A DNA stretch of 64,000 bases, from the NCBI RefSeq assembly GCF_006345805.1, contig NC_042998.1:25544001-25608000 (forward strand). Direction: 5' to 3'. Numbering within the stretch: position 1 is the stretch's first letter; each line of letters opens with the position of its first letter. The notes under the pieces were generated by a model. That model worked only from the letters and a program-made list of their open reading frames with translations. It made no database searches and was not told the DNA's origin. Of this stretch, positions 62,365-64,000 are shown one piece after another. The stretch comes from Octopus sinensis (taxonomy: Eukaryota). The position numbers and the translations under genes are program-made.

Positions 62365-64000
62365 AGGACAAAATACCACTAAACATTTTCTCTAGCATAG
62401 AAGCAATTCTGCCCACTCTCTGTCGATATAATAACAACAACAACAATAATAATAATTACTTTGTTTGCGAAGATTTATAAACAATGAAATCATCATCCTC
62501 ATTATCATCATCATCATCACCATCGTTTAATGTCCTTTAAGCAAATAGAATAGAAATAGGTTATTAAATAAATTCCAAAGAAAGAATAATGAAAGATAGT
62601 CGCATAGACAGTATCAAGAAACTCCTGGTTACCCTCGAATCAGGAAGAATTATTCTTCCTGTATCTTATTGCACACACAACTATCAAAGAATTTTGAATA
62701 GATTTCTGTTATTTTCTTTCATTTTAGTAATACAGCAAAGCATATGTTTTAGAAAAGATTAATTCAATGTGTCAAAATAAAAGGTACAGTCTCAAGACAG
62801 TATTATAAGTAGAAAAAAAAGAAATCAGTTTTAGAATATAGCATGAAACTATGCATTTAAACATTGATAGTAGATGTATGGAGTCAAACAAAAGTAGGGG
62901 TTTTGTGCTGTAATTTAGCTGCTTCGAAATAGAAGATTTAGCTTACATATATGTATATAAAAAAAAAATTTCATCTGAAAATCTCAAGAGAAAATACTGT
63001 AAGAAACCATTATTGTCAATGTTTGGTTTCTCTTTGCTTATTCTTTTCTGTTTCTTTTTTTTTTTACTTTGGCAGAAACCAGATGTGTATTTCTGAATTT
63101 CTAATTCTGAAAATTCTATAAAGAATGTTTCAATGTATTTTTGAGAACACTCCACTTCAACATTTTTTTTCCATTTTTTGCCTCAATTTTTTTTTTTTTT
63201 TTTTTTGTGTCCTGGTTTAACAAAGTAAGTTGTTATTCCATCACATTTTATTAGAATATCTGTTAATCTTCTGTGCATGTAATGCCATTTGTTTCTGAAA
63301 CATAGTTATTTCTTTTCACCTAGATTCTACCTATTTTCGCTCCATCAACTATGTCATAAAAAACTACAATCGCTAGATCTCCGTGTTTGACAGCATCATC
63401 AAATACCATCTTATCTTACTATTCTGCTTTTAACAGTTTCAAGATATTTCTTCAAATCTACTTTGATATTACTCATATTCTTGATCTCAGTGCAATATGT
63501 TAGAAAGCTTCAACAGTTTTTTTGTTTTTTTTTGTTTTAAGACATTGCCCTTCATTTCTCATACCATTCTCTGAGAAATATTTCATACATTAATCACTTC
63601 ATTTAAGCATACTTGATTTGAAATATTTTTTGTCTCCCATTCAAAGGATAGACTCAACATGTATTGCCTTTGTAGTAAATGAGGGTGAATGTTTAAGAAT
63701 GATTATTGTTTGGAAAGACAAATATCCTATTGCTGCAATGAATTGACGTCAATCAATGTGATTTTCTAGATATTTATAATTGAAGCTAAGAGATACACTA
63801 CAGGTAAATCAACTTTGCAGCCGGAAATAATTTATATTGGTAACTGAGGACTGTATTCAAATATTTGTATCTATTTATTGTTGAACTCCATGTCAGCCCT
63901 TATTAAACAAACTTACAAAAGTATCTCTGCTATGGCCATCTTTTTGTGGCATCAAGAATGGAATATAGTCTCCTCACAATCAACACGACACAACAAACCC

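Overview
AT-rich, repeat-dominated animal genomic DNA. It most resembles an octopod cephalopod; this is inferred from the SINE families and microsatellite load, not from a search. I could not support any host protein-coding exon, rRNA, genuine tRNA gene or CRISPR array, and most track ORFs are translations of microsatellites or SINEs. Real coding remnants are all transposon-derived: a full-length 1.7-kb Tc1 (DD34E) broken only by a TGA in place of an Arg codon, several R4/Dong-clade non-LTR retrotransposon fragments sitting in (TAA)n tracts, an RTE relic, and mariner, maT-like and hAT relics. Non-coding repeats include four SINE groups (my labels A-D), piggyBac-type and TA-type MITEs, and tandem duplications. 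The most interesting signal is several unrelated short repeat families carrying type I hammerhead-ribozyme motifs with palindromic stem III, the architecture known from Penelope-like elements and retrozymes. One has a canonical core (367-427). Another is part of a head-to-head inverted dimer of a tRNA-head/(TAA)n/hammerhead element invaded by a Dong LINE (26155-28775). Two more are core variants. Two long hairpins (9695-9772, 56332-56419) are small-RNA candidates. All coordinates were read by hand, and repeat boundaries are approximate.
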